The notes below the pieces were generated by a model that was given only the letters and a program-made list of their open reading frames with translations, was not told the DNA's origin and did not search any database. From NCBI GenBank assembly GCA_040399485.1, contig JBBASD010000002.1:7953-45227 (forward strand): a stretch of DNA of 37,275 bases, written 5' to 3'. Made by a program: the position numbers and the translations under genes. Numbering within the stretch: the stretch's first letter is position 1; every line of letters begins with the position of its first letter. Positions 12,978-22,542 of this stretch are shown in pieces. Source of the DNA: Cyanobium sp. Lineage in GTDB: Bacteria; Cyanobacteriota; Cyanobacteriia; PCC-6307; Cyanobiaceae.

Positions 12978-13528
12978 TAGTCGTCGCTCTCCCTTTCATC
13001 CAGCTCGGCTTCAATACGAGGTTGAACCCGATCGAATTCCTCGCCTTCAACAACGACAGCACCGTCAGGGGTAAGGCGGGCCACAACAAAGAATGGATCA
13101 AGGGGAATGTAAAGGCCGTATTCCTCAGCGTCCACCATGAAACTCACCAAGAGTTCATAGGTGTCGGTGTCATCATCCCCCTCTTCGTCTTCATCGAGAT
13201 CCTCCGGTTCCGGTTCATCCAGTTCGCCATTCACGGTCAGGCTGACGGCCGACCGCACCAAAGTGAGGTCGTGCTCCTGCAGAACCACATCGGCAACCGA
13301 TAGGACCGGCTCTGTGGCCTGAAGGGTGTCGATCAGTTCGGGCTCCTCATCGTCGCGCAGGCGAAACAAGCAGACCGGGGTGTCGACAGGCGTTAGCAGC
13401 GCGTAGTCTTGGCCATCTAGGGGAATCAGTTCTTCCAGAAAGCAAAGCAACTGACGTCCATTGGAGTCGCTCACCAGAACGGTGGGCACATCTCCCGCAT
13501 CCGTCATCTCTGGTTGGTCGGTGGTCAT
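12977..13528 (-). CDS. DUF3727/DUF1292-type acidic cyanobacterial protein
   Basis: YALLTPVDTPV, LTLVRSAVSLTVNGEL, YGLYIPLDPFF; sits between ruvX and yqeG. Confidence 0.85.
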   Translation of the reverse strand: MTTDQPEMTDAGDVPTVLVSDSNGRQLLCFLEELIPLDGQDYALLTPVDTPVCLFRLRDDEEPELIDTLQATEPVLSVADVVLQEHDLTLVRSAVSLTVNGELDEPEPEDLDEDEEGDDDTDTYELLVSFMVDAEEYGLYIPLDPFFVVARLTPDGAVVVEGEEFDRVQPRIEAELDERESDD

Positions 13529-14052
13529 GGCAGAACGACTGAGGGACCCTCAGGATGGATGGGATGGGCTGGAGACGAACGCAGGGCCGCCGCGTTGGCG
13601 AGAGGTTGGGGCAACGGCCCCTCCCTGAGCCATTGTTCCAGCAGCAGGGCGGCACTGGCACTATCCAGGCGGCCGGTGCGATCACCGTGAAGAGCGTACC
13701 GTTCTGCCGCCATCCGCGTACTGGCGTGCTCGTTAACCCAGACCAGGGGAAGTTCCAATCCCCCCGCAGCCAAGGCATCGGCAAGCCTTAACCCGTAACG
13801 ACGGCAATGTCGGGCCTGCTGGGTAGCCCGCTGGGCTGCATCAAGGGGCAGGCCCACTACGAGAACCCGCACCCGCCGTTGACGGGCCAGGGTGGCAATG
13901 GTTCGAGCGTCGACTTCGAAATCCTGACGATGCAAAGGGGCCAAAGGTGTAACCGTGATTCCAAGGGGGTCACAACCCGCCAGGCCGATGCGGCGGTGGC
14001 CAACATCAAGGGCTAGGGCAGAACATGGTTGGGGTACTCCCATCGGCACCAT
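13525..14052 (-). CDS. ruvX: YqgF/RuvX RNase H-like nuclease
   Basis: LALDVGHRRIGLA, VVGLPL, VNEHAST, LDSASAALLLEQWL. Confidence 0.92.
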   Translation of the reverse strand: MVPMGVPQPCSALALDVGHRRIGLAGCDPLGITVTPLAPLHRQDFEVDARTIATLARQRRVRVLVVGLPLDAAQRATQQARHCRRYGLRLADALAAGGLELPLVWVNEHASTRMAAERYALHGDRTGRLDSASAALLLEQWLREGPLPQPLANAAALRSSPAHPIHPEGPSVVLP

Positions 14053-15192
14053 TTAGCGAGGGCCCACGGGGGTGGGCAAAGTGCGGCGCCGTGGTTGGAA
14101 GGGTTCCAGCATGGCTTCCAGCCGCCGGGCCGCTTCCCGGGCGGGGGGAGAGGGTTGGCGGCGCCAAAGACTTCGCCCCATCAAGACTTGCTCCCCGTGA
14201 CAGGTGGCCCCCAGCTGCTCAAGCCAGAGGTTGCGCACCCGATCGGTTAGCTCCACCTGTAGCCAGAGCGGTTGGCCGGGCCGACTCAGGCTGTGCAGCA
14301 ACAGGGCTGTTGGTGGACCAAGCAAGGCTTCGCGACCTGGCATCACCGAAAGTTCAATCAGTTGCCCCCCCTCTGGCTGATCAGCCAGCCAACGGACCCC
14401 GGCCACCGCCTCACGGCGAATTGCATCCACAAGCATCCAACCCCGGTTGCCGCTGTGATCAAGAAGATCTTCACTGCGGCGATCGAGGATCTGACGAAGC
14501 TGGGCGGGGATGGCGGCCTGTTCGAGGTGCCAGAGCTGGGGGGCGGTATGTCGATTGAGGGGCAACAGTTCAAGGCCTGGGCCCAGGGCGGGCGCTGGGC
14601 CCTTCGCCTGCCAGCACCAGACAGCATCCCGTCTCAGAGGCTGGAACCCCTGCTGTCTCAAGGCCGCCAACCGGGGGGTATCCAGGCTTGAGGTGGTGGC
14701 AATCCAACTGCAAGCCCCGCGACCTAGGAGGATGGCTTCGCGCAGCAAGGCACCAGTCAAAGCGGCCTCTGTAGGCAACCCAGGTCCCCCCAGAGAATCC
14801 TGGGCCAGCCGGAGGTGCTGGACCTCCCAGGAGCTGCCGCTGCGATTGAGGCGGCGAGTGACGATGATGCCCATCAGCAGGGGACGGCCGGGCTGATCTC
14901 GGCAGAGGGCCACGTGCACCCTGGGAGCCAGGCAGCGCCTGGCGGAGACAGCTGCGATGAGGCGATCAGGAACCCCCAACAGCAGGGCTCGTTGCAACAG
15001 GGGTTGCAAAGGCAAAAAGGCCCGATCATCCAAAAGAGGTATGTGCCAACCCTGGAGTGGCTCCACAGCCCAATCAGGCTCGGACGCGGGCAACCGATCG
15101 GGCTCTGGCCTGGCAAGGGCCTGCTGGAAGTCCGGCTGAATCCCGACAGCAGCAGCAATCACAGGAGACGGCACAGGGACGTGGGAAAGCAA
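14053..15192 (-). CDS. Conserved hypothetical protein, probable tandem GNAT-like fold
   Basis: Abuts the ruvX start; two repeats ending LRQQGFQP and LEQLGA, as in GNAT C-terminal motifs; start uncertain. Confidence 0.65.
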   Translation of the reverse strand: MLSHVPVPSPVIAAAVGIQPDFQQALARPEPDRLPASEPDWAVEPLQGWHIPLLDDRAFLPLQPLLQRALLLGVPDRLIAAVSARRCLAPRVHVALCRDQPGRPLLMGIIVTRRLNRSGSSWEVQHLRLAQDSLGGPGLPTEAALTGALLREAILLGRGACSWIATTSSLDTPRLAALRQQGFQPLRRDAVWCWQAKGPAPALGPGLELLPLNRHTAPQLWHLEQAAIPAQLRQILDRRSEDLLDHSGNRGWMLVDAIRREAVAGVRWLADQPEGGQLIELSVMPGREALLGPPTALLLHSLSRPGQPLWLQVELTDRVRNLWLEQLGATCHGEQVLMGRSLWRRQPSPPAREAARRLEAMLEPFQPRRRTLPTPVGPR

Positions 15193-15246
15193 AGGCCGAT
15201 GAATCCAATTCTAGGCCGATTGGACGCAGGGGCCGACCCAAGGCTC

Positions 15247-16425
15247 TCAGGTCGGACGTACGAGTACCAAGGGGGTGCGTTCATTGGCATTTCCGGCCGG
15301 ATTTGGTCGCAGGGCCCGTTGCAGTAACTCCTCGTCGCAGCCTTGGCTGGAAGCCAAGACCTTGACCCGTCCAAGGTCGTTGACATCAACTACCGCTACA
15401 GCCACACCGAGATCGGCCGCCATACGGTTGCAGAACTGTTCTGGATTGGCAGGACCTAGTACCAGGGTTTGGTCGTAGGGGGGTGTGGTGCCGGTGATGT
15501 CGTCGATCAAGCGAGCCTGGTCGCCGGCCAGGCGATAGAAGACCCCCTTGATGCCCACCAACTTGAGGGCCGTACCGGCCAACCAAGCCACCAGCACCTG
15601 GGCCGGCCCGACGATGTCGATGAGTGACTGCAATCCGCAGGCGGACGCCAGGCTGCTGGTGGGGTGAAACACGCGGCAAAGCAACCTGGCCAGGGCTGAG
15701 GGCTCCACCGTTTCAGGGTGGTGATAACGGCCCTGCATCACAGCCAGTGGCGTCTCGCCGATGGTCAGCACATCCCCACTGCGGCGCAGGCCGTCCGTGT
15801 AGCGCTCCAGCACCTCCCGGGGATCATCCAGCACACCGAGCAGGTGGGTGCCAACCGGCAACACACTGCAGTCCTCGCCAGAACGCCAGGGGGCGGTTGC
15901 CGGTTCGAGGGGTTCAGGTTTCTGGATGGGCACCAAAATGGCGTCACGACGCTGCAGGCGACCAAACGGTCCGTAGTTGACCCAGAAAATTTCCAGCCAG
16001 GCCGTATCCACCAGCCCCTCAAGGTCGACCCCGGCCGGGCCTATGACGCGCACCTGCACCCGCGCCCGAGTGCTCTTGTGGCCCTTGACGATGTAAGCAG
16101 CCCAGTAGCCATCAGGGCGCGTTGCCTCATCGGGATGATCGGCGATCACCCTGCTTTCACAGCTGATGCCTGACAGATCACCGCGACCCAGAAGCACCGG
16201 GTTCACCCTGATCTCAGGCACAAAGACCTCCATCCGGGGGTGGGGATTGCGGATGGTGATCTCCCCTATCACCTCGAGACCCTGGGCACGACGTTTGACC
16301 TGGAAGGTCCCTGGTATCAACTGCAGGGGGGACGAAGGGCGCAGCCGATGGCGCAGCTCAAGCCAAAGAAGGCTGAGGCCAAACAGCAGGGCAAAGGTCA
16401 GCAGCAGGGAGAAAAGCAGCGGCAA
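15247..16425 (-). CDS. Membrane-anchored F420-0:gamma-glutamyl ligase (CofE)-like protein
   Basis: N-terminal TM; TIGETPLAVMQGR, ARLIDDITGTTPPYD, VVDVNDLG, NPAGNANERTP. Confidence 0.8.
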   Translation of the reverse strand: MPLLFSLLLTFALLFGLSLLWLELRHRLRPSSPLQLIPGTFQVKRRAQGLEVIGEITIRNPHPRMEVFVPEIRVNPVLLGRGDLSGISCESRVIADHPDEATRPDGYWAAYIVKGHKSTRARVQVRVIGPAGVDLEGLVDTAWLEIFWVNYGPFGRLQRRDAILVPIQKPEPLEPATAPWRSGEDCSVLPVGTHLLGVLDDPREVLERYTDGLRRSGDVLTIGETPLAVMQGRYHHPETVEPSALARLLCRVFHPTSSLASACGLQSLIDIVGPAQVLVAWLAGTALKLVGIKGVFYRLAGDQARLIDDITGTTPPYDQTLVLGPANPEQFCNRMAADLGVAVAVVDVNDLGRVKVLASSQGCDEELLQRALRPNPAGNANERTPLVLVRPT

Positions 16426-16510
16426 GCGGTAAGAAAAGAATGGATCTGGCGGAGCGTAGATGCCGCCGCGGCCCTAGGTTCCGCACCATGGCACCGGCAA
16501 GGCGACTGGC

Positions 16511-17881
16511 ATGCGCAAAACTTTTGTTCTCGATACCAATGTCCTGCTGCATGACCCCCTGGCCCTGACCCGTTTCGAAGACAACGCCGTCGTCGTGCCC
16601 ATCGAAGTGGTCGAAGAAATCGACCGCTTCAAGCGAGACCCCTCGGAGAAAGGCCGTAACGCCCGCCAGGTGTCTCGGTTGCTTGATGAGCTGCGCGAAA
16701 AGGGCAACCTGGCGGAGGGCGTGCCCATCAACGAGACCAGTGGCGGCACCCTGCAGGTGGTGTTCTGCCGCAGTGAAACGCTCAATCAACTGCCCCCGGA
16801 GCTGAAGGGTGGCAGCGGGGACAACAACATCCTGGCCGTTGCCCTTGAACAGCGTCTCCATCAGGTGGTAGGCAGCCAACCGCCGGTGGTCCTGATCACC
16901 AAGGACACCAACCTGCGCATCAAGGCCGATGCGGTGGGCTTGATCGCCCAGGACTACAACACAGACAAGGTCGATATCGCCGACCTCTATCCGGGTTGCT
17001 GCGAGATCTGGACCAGCGCTGAACAAATGGACCGGGTCAAGGGGAGCGGTGGCTTGGCCCTGGCCGAACTGGGTTCCGACGGCGGGCCCCTGCAGGCCAA
17101 CGAGGGGGTGACCCTGGTGGATCGCAACCAGCCCAGCCACACGTTGTTAGCCCGGTACCATGCCCAGTCAACGGCCCTATTGCCCCTGCAGCGGGCCGGC
17201 AAGGCCCGGATCGGCCGCATCCAGGCCCGCAACCGCGAACAGACCTTCGCCCTTGACCTGCTGCTGGACCCCGATGTGCCCCTCGTTACCTTGGTGGGCA
17301 TGGCTGGCACCGGCAAAACCTTGCTGGCCCTGGCAGCGGGCCTCAACCAGGTGGCCGATGAGCGCCTGTATGACCGACTCCTGGTGACGCGGCCTGTGAT
17401 TCCCCTGGGCAAAGATATGGGTTATCTCCCTGGAGATCTGGAGGAAAAAATGGGCCCCTGGATGCAACCCATTATCGACAATCTAGACTATCTACTAGGC
17501 GCTGACGAACCATCTAGCTCCAGGTCCAATCAACGACACGCCCGCAATAGCTGGGCCGATCTTAAGGGCATGGGCCTCCTTGAAGTGGAGGCAATAAGTT
17601 ATATCCGCGGCCGTTCAATACCCCGACAGTACATGGTGGTTGATGAGGCTCAGAACCTTACACCACATGAAATCAAAACCATAGTTACCCGTGTTGGAGA
17701 AGGCACCAAAATCGTGGTTACTGGAGATCCTTACCAAATCGACAATCCCTACGTCGATGCCGAGAGCAATGGCCTCACCTGGTTGGTGGAACGCTTTAAA
17801 GGCCAAAGCCTGGCTGGCCACGTCTCGCTGATGCGCGGCGAACGCTCGCCCCTGGCGGAACTGGCCGCCAAGCTTCTCTGA
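16511..17881 (+). CDS. PIN-PhoH family protein (PIN nuclease plus PhoH ATPase)
   Basis: PIN acidic motifs LDTNV, EEID, DNNIL, TKDTN; Walker A GMAGTGKT, IRGRS, VVDEAQN, GDPYQID. Confidence 0.93.
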   Translation: MRKTFVLDTNVLLHDPLALTRFEDNAVVVPIEVVEEIDRFKRDPSEKGRNARQVSRLLDELREKGNLAEGVPINETSGGTLQVVFCRSETLNQLPPELKGGSGDNNILAVALEQRLHQVVGSQPPVVLITKDTNLRIKADAVGLIAQDYNTDKVDIADLYPGCCEIWTSAEQMDRVKGSGGLALAELGSDGGPLQANEGVTLVDRNQPSHTLLARYHAQSTALLPLQRAGKARIGRIQARNREQTFALDLLLDPDVPLVTLVGMAGTGKTLLALAAGLNQVADERLYDRLLVTRPVIPLGKDMGYLPGDLEEKMGPWMQPIIDNLDYLLGADEPSSSRSNQRHARNSWADLKGMGLLEVEAISYIRGRSIPRQYMVVDEAQNLTPHEIKTIVTRVGEGTKIVVTGDPYQIDNPYVDAESNGLTWLVERFKGQSLAGHVSLMRGERSPLAELAAKLL

Positions 17882-17937
17882 CCAACGTACCTGCGTCAGC
17901 CATGGCATGCTGACCCACGAAACAAGCCAGTTCGGTA

Positions 17938-18903
17938 ATGGATTCCGGCCGGTTAGCCCCCTTGAGGCGCAAGCGAGGGCCCTGGACACCAACCCTGAGC
18001 CTGGTCCTCTTACTGGCCTTCGGCATGGTTGGGCCCCCAAGCCTGGGGGCTGAAGTAATCCAGGCTTCAGCCGCCAGCGCCGCTGAGCTCTACACCCAGA
18101 AGGACACCCGCGATGTGGTGGCCCTTGTCGAAGCGGCCGCCAACGAAGTCAGGCTGCATGGCCGTGAAGCCTTCGCCGGCTTCCGGGTCAGGGGAAGCCG
18201 CTGGTTCCAGGGCGATCGCTATGTTTTTGTGCTGTCGCCCGAAGGCAACAGTGTCGTCTACCCGCCCGATCCCGAGAGCGAAAGCCTCAGCTTTCTTGGC
18301 TTCCAGGACCTAGGCGGCAAGCCCTTCGGTCGCCAATTTCTCGAGGTGGCCAACAGCCCGGAGGCAAGGGGTTGGGTTCACTATCAATGGCGTAAACCAA
18401 ACCGCTCCGACCGCCGACCGGTCTGGAAATCCACTTATCTGATGGCCGTCACCGCGCCATCCGGCCAGCGCTATCTGGTGCTGTCGGGTCTCTACGAACC
18501 CCAGATCGAAAGGGCCTTTATCGTGCAGCAGGTGGACGCGGCGGCACGCCTGCTGCAGCGCCAAGGCCGCTCGGCGTTCGACATCCTGAGGGATCGTCGT
18601 GGACCTTATTATTTTCATGACACCTATGTGTTTGTTGACACACCTGCTGGGGTTGAAATCCTGAATCCCGCCTTTGCCGAAATCGAAGGCCGCAACATCC
18701 TCGAACTCAAAGATAAAAATGGCAGAGCAATGGTGCGGGATTATATCAATCTGGCCATGGGTCAAGGCTCAGGTTGGGTGGAGTATTTTTGGCCCCGGCC
18801 CGACGCATCCAATTTACCGGAACGCAAAACTACCTACGTCCGCCGGGTCCAATTACCCGATGGAGAAGTCCTTATTGTCGGCTCCGGCCTCTACGCACCC
18901 TGA
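17938..18903 (+). CDS. Exported protein with two tandem Cache (sCache_2-like) domains
   Basis: Signal-like N-terminus; duplicated YVFV...D.xG...GWV.Y.W..P...K.TY...SGLY.P pattern. Confidence 0.85.
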   Translation: MDSGRLAPLRRKRGPWTPTLSLVLLLAFGMVGPPSLGAEVIQASAASAAELYTQKDTRDVVALVEAAANEVRLHGREAFAGFRVRGSRWFQGDRYVFVLSPEGNSVVYPPDPESESLSFLGFQDLGGKPFGRQFLEVANSPEARGWVHYQWRKPNRSDRRPVWKSTYLMAVTAPSGQRYLVLSGLYEPQIERAFIVQQVDAAARLLQRQGRSAFDILRDRRGPYYFHDTYVFVDTPAGVEILNPAFAEIEGRNILELKDKNGRAMVRDYINLAMGQGSGWVEYFWPRPDASNLPERKTTYVRRVQLPDGEVLIVGSGLYAP

Positions 18904-20564
18904 GTAATTTCGCCGCCCCACAGTCGTCACCGTCGCCCCCCAGCCGACGCCCACAAAGAACGGTTTGGGCTGCGGCCCTGGCCTTCGGCCTGATCGGATT
19001 AGCAATTCAACTGTGGCGAATCGCCAGCCTTACTGCCTCCTACGACCAGGGGATCTTTGTGCAGGCACTGTGGAACGGACTGGCCGGTCACCCGTTCGAA
19101 AGCACCCTTTCCTCCCAGCTTTCGGATGTCGTCGTTAATGGCGGCCTTGCTCCTCAGGTCGGTTACCACAGGCTGGGCCAACACTTCACACCCTTGCTAG
19201 CGCTCTGGATTCCCCTGGTTGGTCTGTTGGGCCCGGTGGCCTTGCCCCTGGTGCAGGTGGGACTGGTAACTGCAGCCGGTCTGGCGCTGCACCAACTGGC
19301 GGCCCAGCGACTGGCCCCGGCCTTGGCCGCCCGCATCGCCTTCAGTTTCTACGGTGCCAATGCGGTCATCGGTCCCACCTGGGGCAATTTCACCGACCTC
19401 TGCCAGTTGCCCCTGCTGATGTTTTTGTTGCTGCTGGGACTGGAACGGCGACGCTGGTTGCTGGTATTCATTCCGGCATTGCTTATGCCGTTGGTGAGGG
19501 AGGACACCGGCGTTGTTTTGGTGGGAATCGGGGTTTGGTTGGCGCTGCGCCAGCCGCGCCGCTGGCCCTTGGCCCTGCTGTTGATGGGCTGGGGTGGAGC
19601 TTGGGTGCTGATCGTTACCAACCAGTTGATGCCCCTGTTCAGCGACGACAATGCGCGGCGCTTCATGTTGGAGAACTTTGGCCAGTACGTGCCGGGCAGC
19701 CAGCGTGCCTCCAGCCTTGAGGTGCTGCGCCAGGCCGCGGGCCAACCAGCTATTTTACTGCGCGAGCTTCTTTATCCTCCGGATCAGACCCTGCGTTATC
19801 TGCTGGGCCAGGGCCTGCCCCTGATGTTTGTGCCGTTGATCGCCGCCGACAGTTGGTTGCTGATGGGTCTGCCCTTATTGGGGCTGCTGCTGGCCCAAGG
19901 CAGCAACAATCCCCTCTCCATCACCATCCGGTATACCTTTTTGGTGGTCCCGGGTCTTTTCGCTGGAACAGTGTTCTGGTGGCAGCGCCATGGCGGGGCG
20001 TTCAGCTCCAGGTGGCTGCGGGGCTTCTGGACCGGAGCGGTGCTGCTGTCGCTGCTGTTCACCCTCACCAGCAACCCCCATCGGTCCCTGTCCTTTTTGG
20101 TGCCGGATAGCGTCTCACCATGGGTACACCGCTCCCTTGTTGAGCAATGGCAGCACGCCCAGGCCGCCCGCTCCGCCCTGGCCCTGATTCCGCCCCAGAG
20201 CCCCACCGCCGCCACCACCCACCTGGTGCACCCCCTGGCCCGCAGGTCGGTGTTGGTGCGCTTTCCACAATCGGTGACCTTCCGGGATCGCCAGGGCCAG
20301 CTGGAGTCGGTGGACTGGATTGCCGCAGACCTAGGTCGCCTGCAGCGTTACGGGGTCGCCTTCAACGAAGACCGCGACACCTTGGAGTCCAGCCTGAAGC
20401 GGTTCCAGGAGATCAGAGGGTCCTATGGGGTGCGCAGGGTCGTTGACGGGGTTGTGATTCTGCAGCGTGGGGGCCAGGATGCCCCTGGCGCCCGCCTCGC
20501 CCTCGACACTCTGCTTAAAGCATCGCCTCCGGCCGAACCAACTGGTCGAACTCAGCGGCGCTGA
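18900..20564 (+). CDS. DUF2079 polytopic membrane protein (GT-C-like)
   Basis: SYDQGIF, LGQHFTPLL, VREDTG and many TM segments. Start unresolved (ORF open from TTG 18774; see findings). Confidence 0.8.
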   Translation: MSNFAAPQSSPSPPSRRPQRTVWAAALAFGLIGLAIQLWRIASLTASYDQGIFVQALWNGLAGHPFESTLSSQLSDVVVNGGLAPQVGYHRLGQHFTPLLALWIPLVGLLGPVALPLVQVGLVTAAGLALHQLAAQRLAPALAARIAFSFYGANAVIGPTWGNFTDLCQLPLLMFLLLLGLERRRWLLVFIPALLMPLVREDTGVVLVGIGVWLALRQPRRWPLALLLMGWGGAWVLIVTNQLMPLFSDDNARRFMLENFGQYVPGSQRASSLEVLRQAAGQPAILLRELLYPPDQTLRYLLGQGLPLMFVPLIAADSWLLMGLPLLGLLLAQGSNNPLSITIRYTFLVVPGLFAGTVFWWQRHGGAFSSRWLRGFWTGAVLLSLLFTLTSNPHRSLSFLVPDSVSPWVHRSLVEQWQHAQAARSALALIPPQSPTAATTHLVHPLARRSVLVRFPQSVTFRDRQGQLESVDWIAADLGRLQRYGVAFNEDRDTLESSLKRFQEIRGSYGVRRVVDGVVILQRGGQDAPGARLALDTLLKASPPAEPTGRTQRR

Positions 20565-21912
20565 TCTCGCCCAACCCCAGCGCCGCCTCCCGCAGGCTGA
20601 GGTTGTGCAGATGGGCATGGCGAGCAATGGCGCAGGCTCGGTCGTAACCAATGGCCGGGGTAAGGGCCGTCACCAGCATGAGGCTATGGCCCAGCAACTC
20701 TTGCAGCCGCGGTTCATTTGCCCTCAAGCCTTCGATGCAATGCTCGCGGAAACCTGCGCAGGCTCCGCTCAGGAGCTCAATGCTTTCAAGCAGATTCGAG
20801 GCGATCAGGGGCTTGAAAACATTCAGCTCGAAATGGCCCTGGCTGGCCGCCATTTGCACTGCGGTGTTGTTGCCCATCACCTGCACGGCCACCATGGTCA
20901 GGCTTTCGCATTGGGTGGGATTGACCTTGCCGGGCATGATGCTGGAACCAGGCTCATTCTCTGGCAGCACCAGTTCGCCCAGGCCGCAGCGAGGGCCACT
21001 GGCCAGCCAACGGATGTCATTGGCAATTTTCATCAGACTGCCGGCCAGCACCGTAAGGGCTCCATGGACGGCAGCGAGGGGTTCATGGCCCGCCAAGGCC
21101 TGGAACTTGTTGGGCGCCGAGCGAAAGGGCAGATTTAGCCGTTTGGCGAGCCTATCCGCCACGGCCTCCGAAAATCCCGGCGGGGCATTGAGACCAGTGC
21201 CGACAGCCGTTCCACCGATCGCCAACTGGTGCAACTGGGGCAAACTGGTCAGCAGGGTGTCCCTGGCCAGGCTCAGCTGGGCGACATAACCGCCGAATTC
21301 CTGGCCAAGGCTGAGAGGAACAGCATCTTGGAGATGGGTGCGGCCAATCTTGAGCAAGGGGGCGAACTCACTGGCCCTGGCCTCCAGGCTGGCGATGAGC
21401 TTGGCGAGGTTCGGCAACAGAACCTGGTGCAACTCAAGGGCCACGGCAATGTGCATTGCCGTCGGGAAGGCGTCGTTACTCGACTGACTGAGGTTGACGT
21501 GGTCATTGGGATGGACCGGAGTCTTGCTGCCAAGCACGCCGCCGCAGCGCTCGATAGCGCGGTTGGCGATCACCTCATTGACGTTCATGTTGGTCTGGGT
21601 GCCGGAACCCGTTTGCCAGACCCGCAAGGGAAATTCGCCATCGAGAGCCCCGGAGGCCACCTCTTGGGCGACGGCCGAGATGAGCTCGGCCAAAGAGGGA
21701 TCGAGAACCCCCATGGCTGCATTGGCTTCGGCACAGGCCGCTTTGAGCAGGCCCAAGGCGTGGACGATGCCCAGCGGCATGACCTGACCGAAGGGGAAAA
21801 GCCGCAGGGAACGTTGGGTTTGGGCTCCCCAGTAATGCTCTGAGGGAACGGGTACCAGTCCCAGACTGTCCCTCTCCAGGCGGGTAGCCGGGCTGGATCC
21901 GGCGGCGGTCAT
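20515..21912 (-). CDS. fumC: Class II fumarate hydratase
   Basis: WQTGSGTQTNMN, HPNDHVN, KIGRTHLQDA, GSSIMPGKVNPTQCE; 50-bp tail-to-tail overlap with DUF2079. Confidence 0.98.
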   Translation of the reverse strand: MTAAGSSPATRLERDSLGLVPVPSEHYWGAQTQRSLRLFPFGQVMPLGIVHALGLLKAACAEANAAMGVLDPSLAELISAVAQEVASGALDGEFPLRVWQTGSGTQTNMNVNEVIANRAIERCGGVLGSKTPVHPNDHVNLSQSSNDAFPTAMHIAVALELHQVLLPNLAKLIASLEARASEFAPLLKIGRTHLQDAVPLSLGQEFGGYVAQLSLARDTLLTSLPQLHQLAIGGTAVGTGLNAPPGFSEAVADRLAKRLNLPFRSAPNKFQALAGHEPLAAVHGALTVLAGSLMKIANDIRWLASGPRCGLGELVLPENEPGSSIMPGKVNPTQCESLTMVAVQVMGNNTAVQMAASQGHFELNVFKPLIASNLLESIELLSGACAGFREHCIEGLRANEPRLQELLGHSLMLVTALTPAIGYDRACAIARHAHLHNLSLREAALGLGEISAAEFDQLVRPEAML

Positions 21913-22538
21913 CGGGCCTCGGGGCGGATTTCGCTATTGAGTTCGTTGAAACTGACGATGGAACCGCCGCCGTTTCCAGGCGCCAGGGGAATACCGGTGG
22001 CGTTGCTCACTATGGTGTTCAAGGCAGATAGATCGACGGGACCCGTTTGATCAAACACCACCTCTCCTTGATGGTCGAGAACCACCACCTGGGGGATGGC
22101 ACCGCTCCAGTAATGGGCAGGGTCGCTTGGACCTTCAACGGGACGGTTCTGCAGGGGATCGGTGACGAGGGGCAACAGGGCGATGCGATTTCCCCAAAGC
22201 CGCTGCAACTCAGACACCACAGGGGCAAAGCGTTTGCTGGCGCCGTTGTCATCAAGATAGAAAACCATCACCACCACCTCCTTTCTGGCCAGACCCTCAG
22301 CCAGGGTGGTCTGGGGGGGCACCAAAGACCCATTGCCCGCATAAAGAGCAAAAATATTGCCGTCGTAGCGGTCATTGTCGAGGCTTGCCAGGACCGGCGC
22401 AGCCCCCAGGCCAAGGACAGCGATGCCACCAATCCAGCAGAGCAGACCGGCCAGCAGCCAACTCCAAAAACGGCGGACCGGAATCGGCTGGGTCAAAGTA
22501 GGACGATGCGAATGATTCCATTGTGCCGTCAGGGCCAT
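21909..22538 (-). CDS. Thioredoxin-fold thylakoid protein (PSI accumulation factor-like; no CxxC)
   Basis: DRYDGNIFALYAGNGSLVPP, FYLDD, IPQVVV; N-terminal TM; ATG 22538 is 4 nt after the upstream stop. Confidence 0.75.
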   Translation of the reverse strand: MALTAQWNHSHRPTLTQPIPVRRFWSWLLAGLLCWIGGIAVLGLGAAPVLASLDNDRYDGNIFALYAGNGSLVPPQTTLAEGLARKEVVVMVFYLDDNGASKRFAPVVSELQRLWGNRIALLPLVTDPLQNRPVEGPSDPAHYWSGAIPQVVVLDHQGEVVFDQTGPVDLSALNTIVSNATGIPLAPGNGGGSIVSFNELNSEIRPEAR

Positions 22539-22542
22539 TGGC

